A stretch of DNA of 64,000 bases from contig OZ219920.1 in assembly GCA_964291415.2 (NCBI GenBank), positions 544,001 to 608,000 of the forward strand. The letters run 5' to 3'. Of this stretch, positions 63,433 through 64,000 are shown in pieces (within the stretch, counting starts at the first letter, position 1; every line of letters starts with the position of its first letter). The notes under the pieces are model-generated. The model was not told the origin of the DNA and made no database searches. It was given only the letters and a program-made list of their open reading frames with translations. The position numbers and the translations under genes were made by a program. Source of the stretch: Alphaproteobacteria bacterium. GTDB lineage: Bacteria > Pseudomonadota > Alphaproteobacteria > SP197.

Positions 63433-64000
63433 AAGACTTGTTGATACTCGCGGCCGACGCAGATATCGAGGCGACGATGCGTGGCCTTTTGAACCAACGA
63501 CAAGCAGCACTCGGAATACGAAACATTGAATTCACGATCACCAGGCATCCGAACAGGGATCCGGGGTGCCGCCGGCAGGCGGCATCAACTACGCGTGGTT
63601 ACGTCCACGACCACCAGTACGCTTTGGTGCTGTTCGACAAGGAAGGTTGCGGGGACGAGGGGGCGGAACGGCGGTGCATCCAGGGCGCTGTGGAAGAGGA
63701 TCTGAGCCGCAACGGGTGGGAGAACAGGTCGAAGGTTGTTGTGATCGAGCCTGAACTGGAGACGTGGGTGTGGTCCACGTCCCCGAACGTGAGCAAGGTC
63801 CTCGGGTGGAACGAAGGGACCAGAGTGCTCCGGAACTGGCTGCGTCAACAACACCTTTGGCCCGACGGTGAAGCTAAGCCGCCCGATCCGAAATCAGCTT
63901 TGCAACGAGCGATGATGGAGAAGGGTCACCGCCGTCCGACGGTGGCGACATTCATGGCCCTTTCTCGAAACGTGGGTCTCAATGCGTGCGAGGATCCCGC
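63429..64000 (+). CDS. MAD4-like (TOPRIM-like) protein, truncated by the window end
   Basis: Hand translation VKDLLILAADADIE...RHPNRDPGC...LVLFDKEGCG...IEPELETWVW...KPPDPK; GTGA overlap with the ATPase stop. Confidence 0.8.
   Translation, partial: MKDLLILAADADIEATMRGLLNQRQAALGIRNIEFTITRHPNRDPGCRRQAASTTRGYVHDHQYALVLFDKEGCGDEGAERRCIQGAVEEDLSRNGWENRSKVVVIEPELETWVWSTSPNVSKVLGWNEGTRVLRNWLRQQHLWPDGEAKPPDPKSALQRAMMEKGHRRPTVATFMALSRNVGLNACEDP

Overview
High-GC bacterial window, probably a proteobacterium. Its gene content (SwmB/FN3 adhesin, many toxin-antitoxin loci, decayed IS elements) resembles host-associated marine lineages, but taxonomy is inference only. A few housekeeping or metabolic genes (P450, SAM methyltransferase, adenylate/guanylate cyclase, ampG, MAPEG, NCS2 permease, acyl-CoA ligase, GMC oxidoreductase, RraA-like) sit among accessory DNA. 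That DNA includes two IS21 elements, IS630, IS66 split by a RIT element, IS1634 halves, a TnpB fragment, about ten TA loci (toxins mostly decayed), AbiEi/AbiEii, Fic and a MAD3/MAD4-like pair. Five less obvious structures stand out. (1) A large FN3/PKD/SwmB surface-protein gene has an (AGCCG)18 tract at its 5' end that looks phase-variable, and it shares a palindromic operator with the adjacent LuxR-type regulator. (2) A relic integron (ghost intI, attI-like site, two textbook attC sites) carries TIR and DUF2971 cassettes and is bracketed by duplicated AlpA-like genes. (3) A TA mini-island is flanked by a 144-bp duplication of the ampG 3' end. (4) The RIT element has 90-bp perfect inverted repeats and a 30-bp palindrome completed by its target sequence. 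(5) An operon-like cluster joins a secreted protease, a Cys/Asp-repeat protein and an atypical two-component system. All family calls come from motif recognition by eye; no database search was run.
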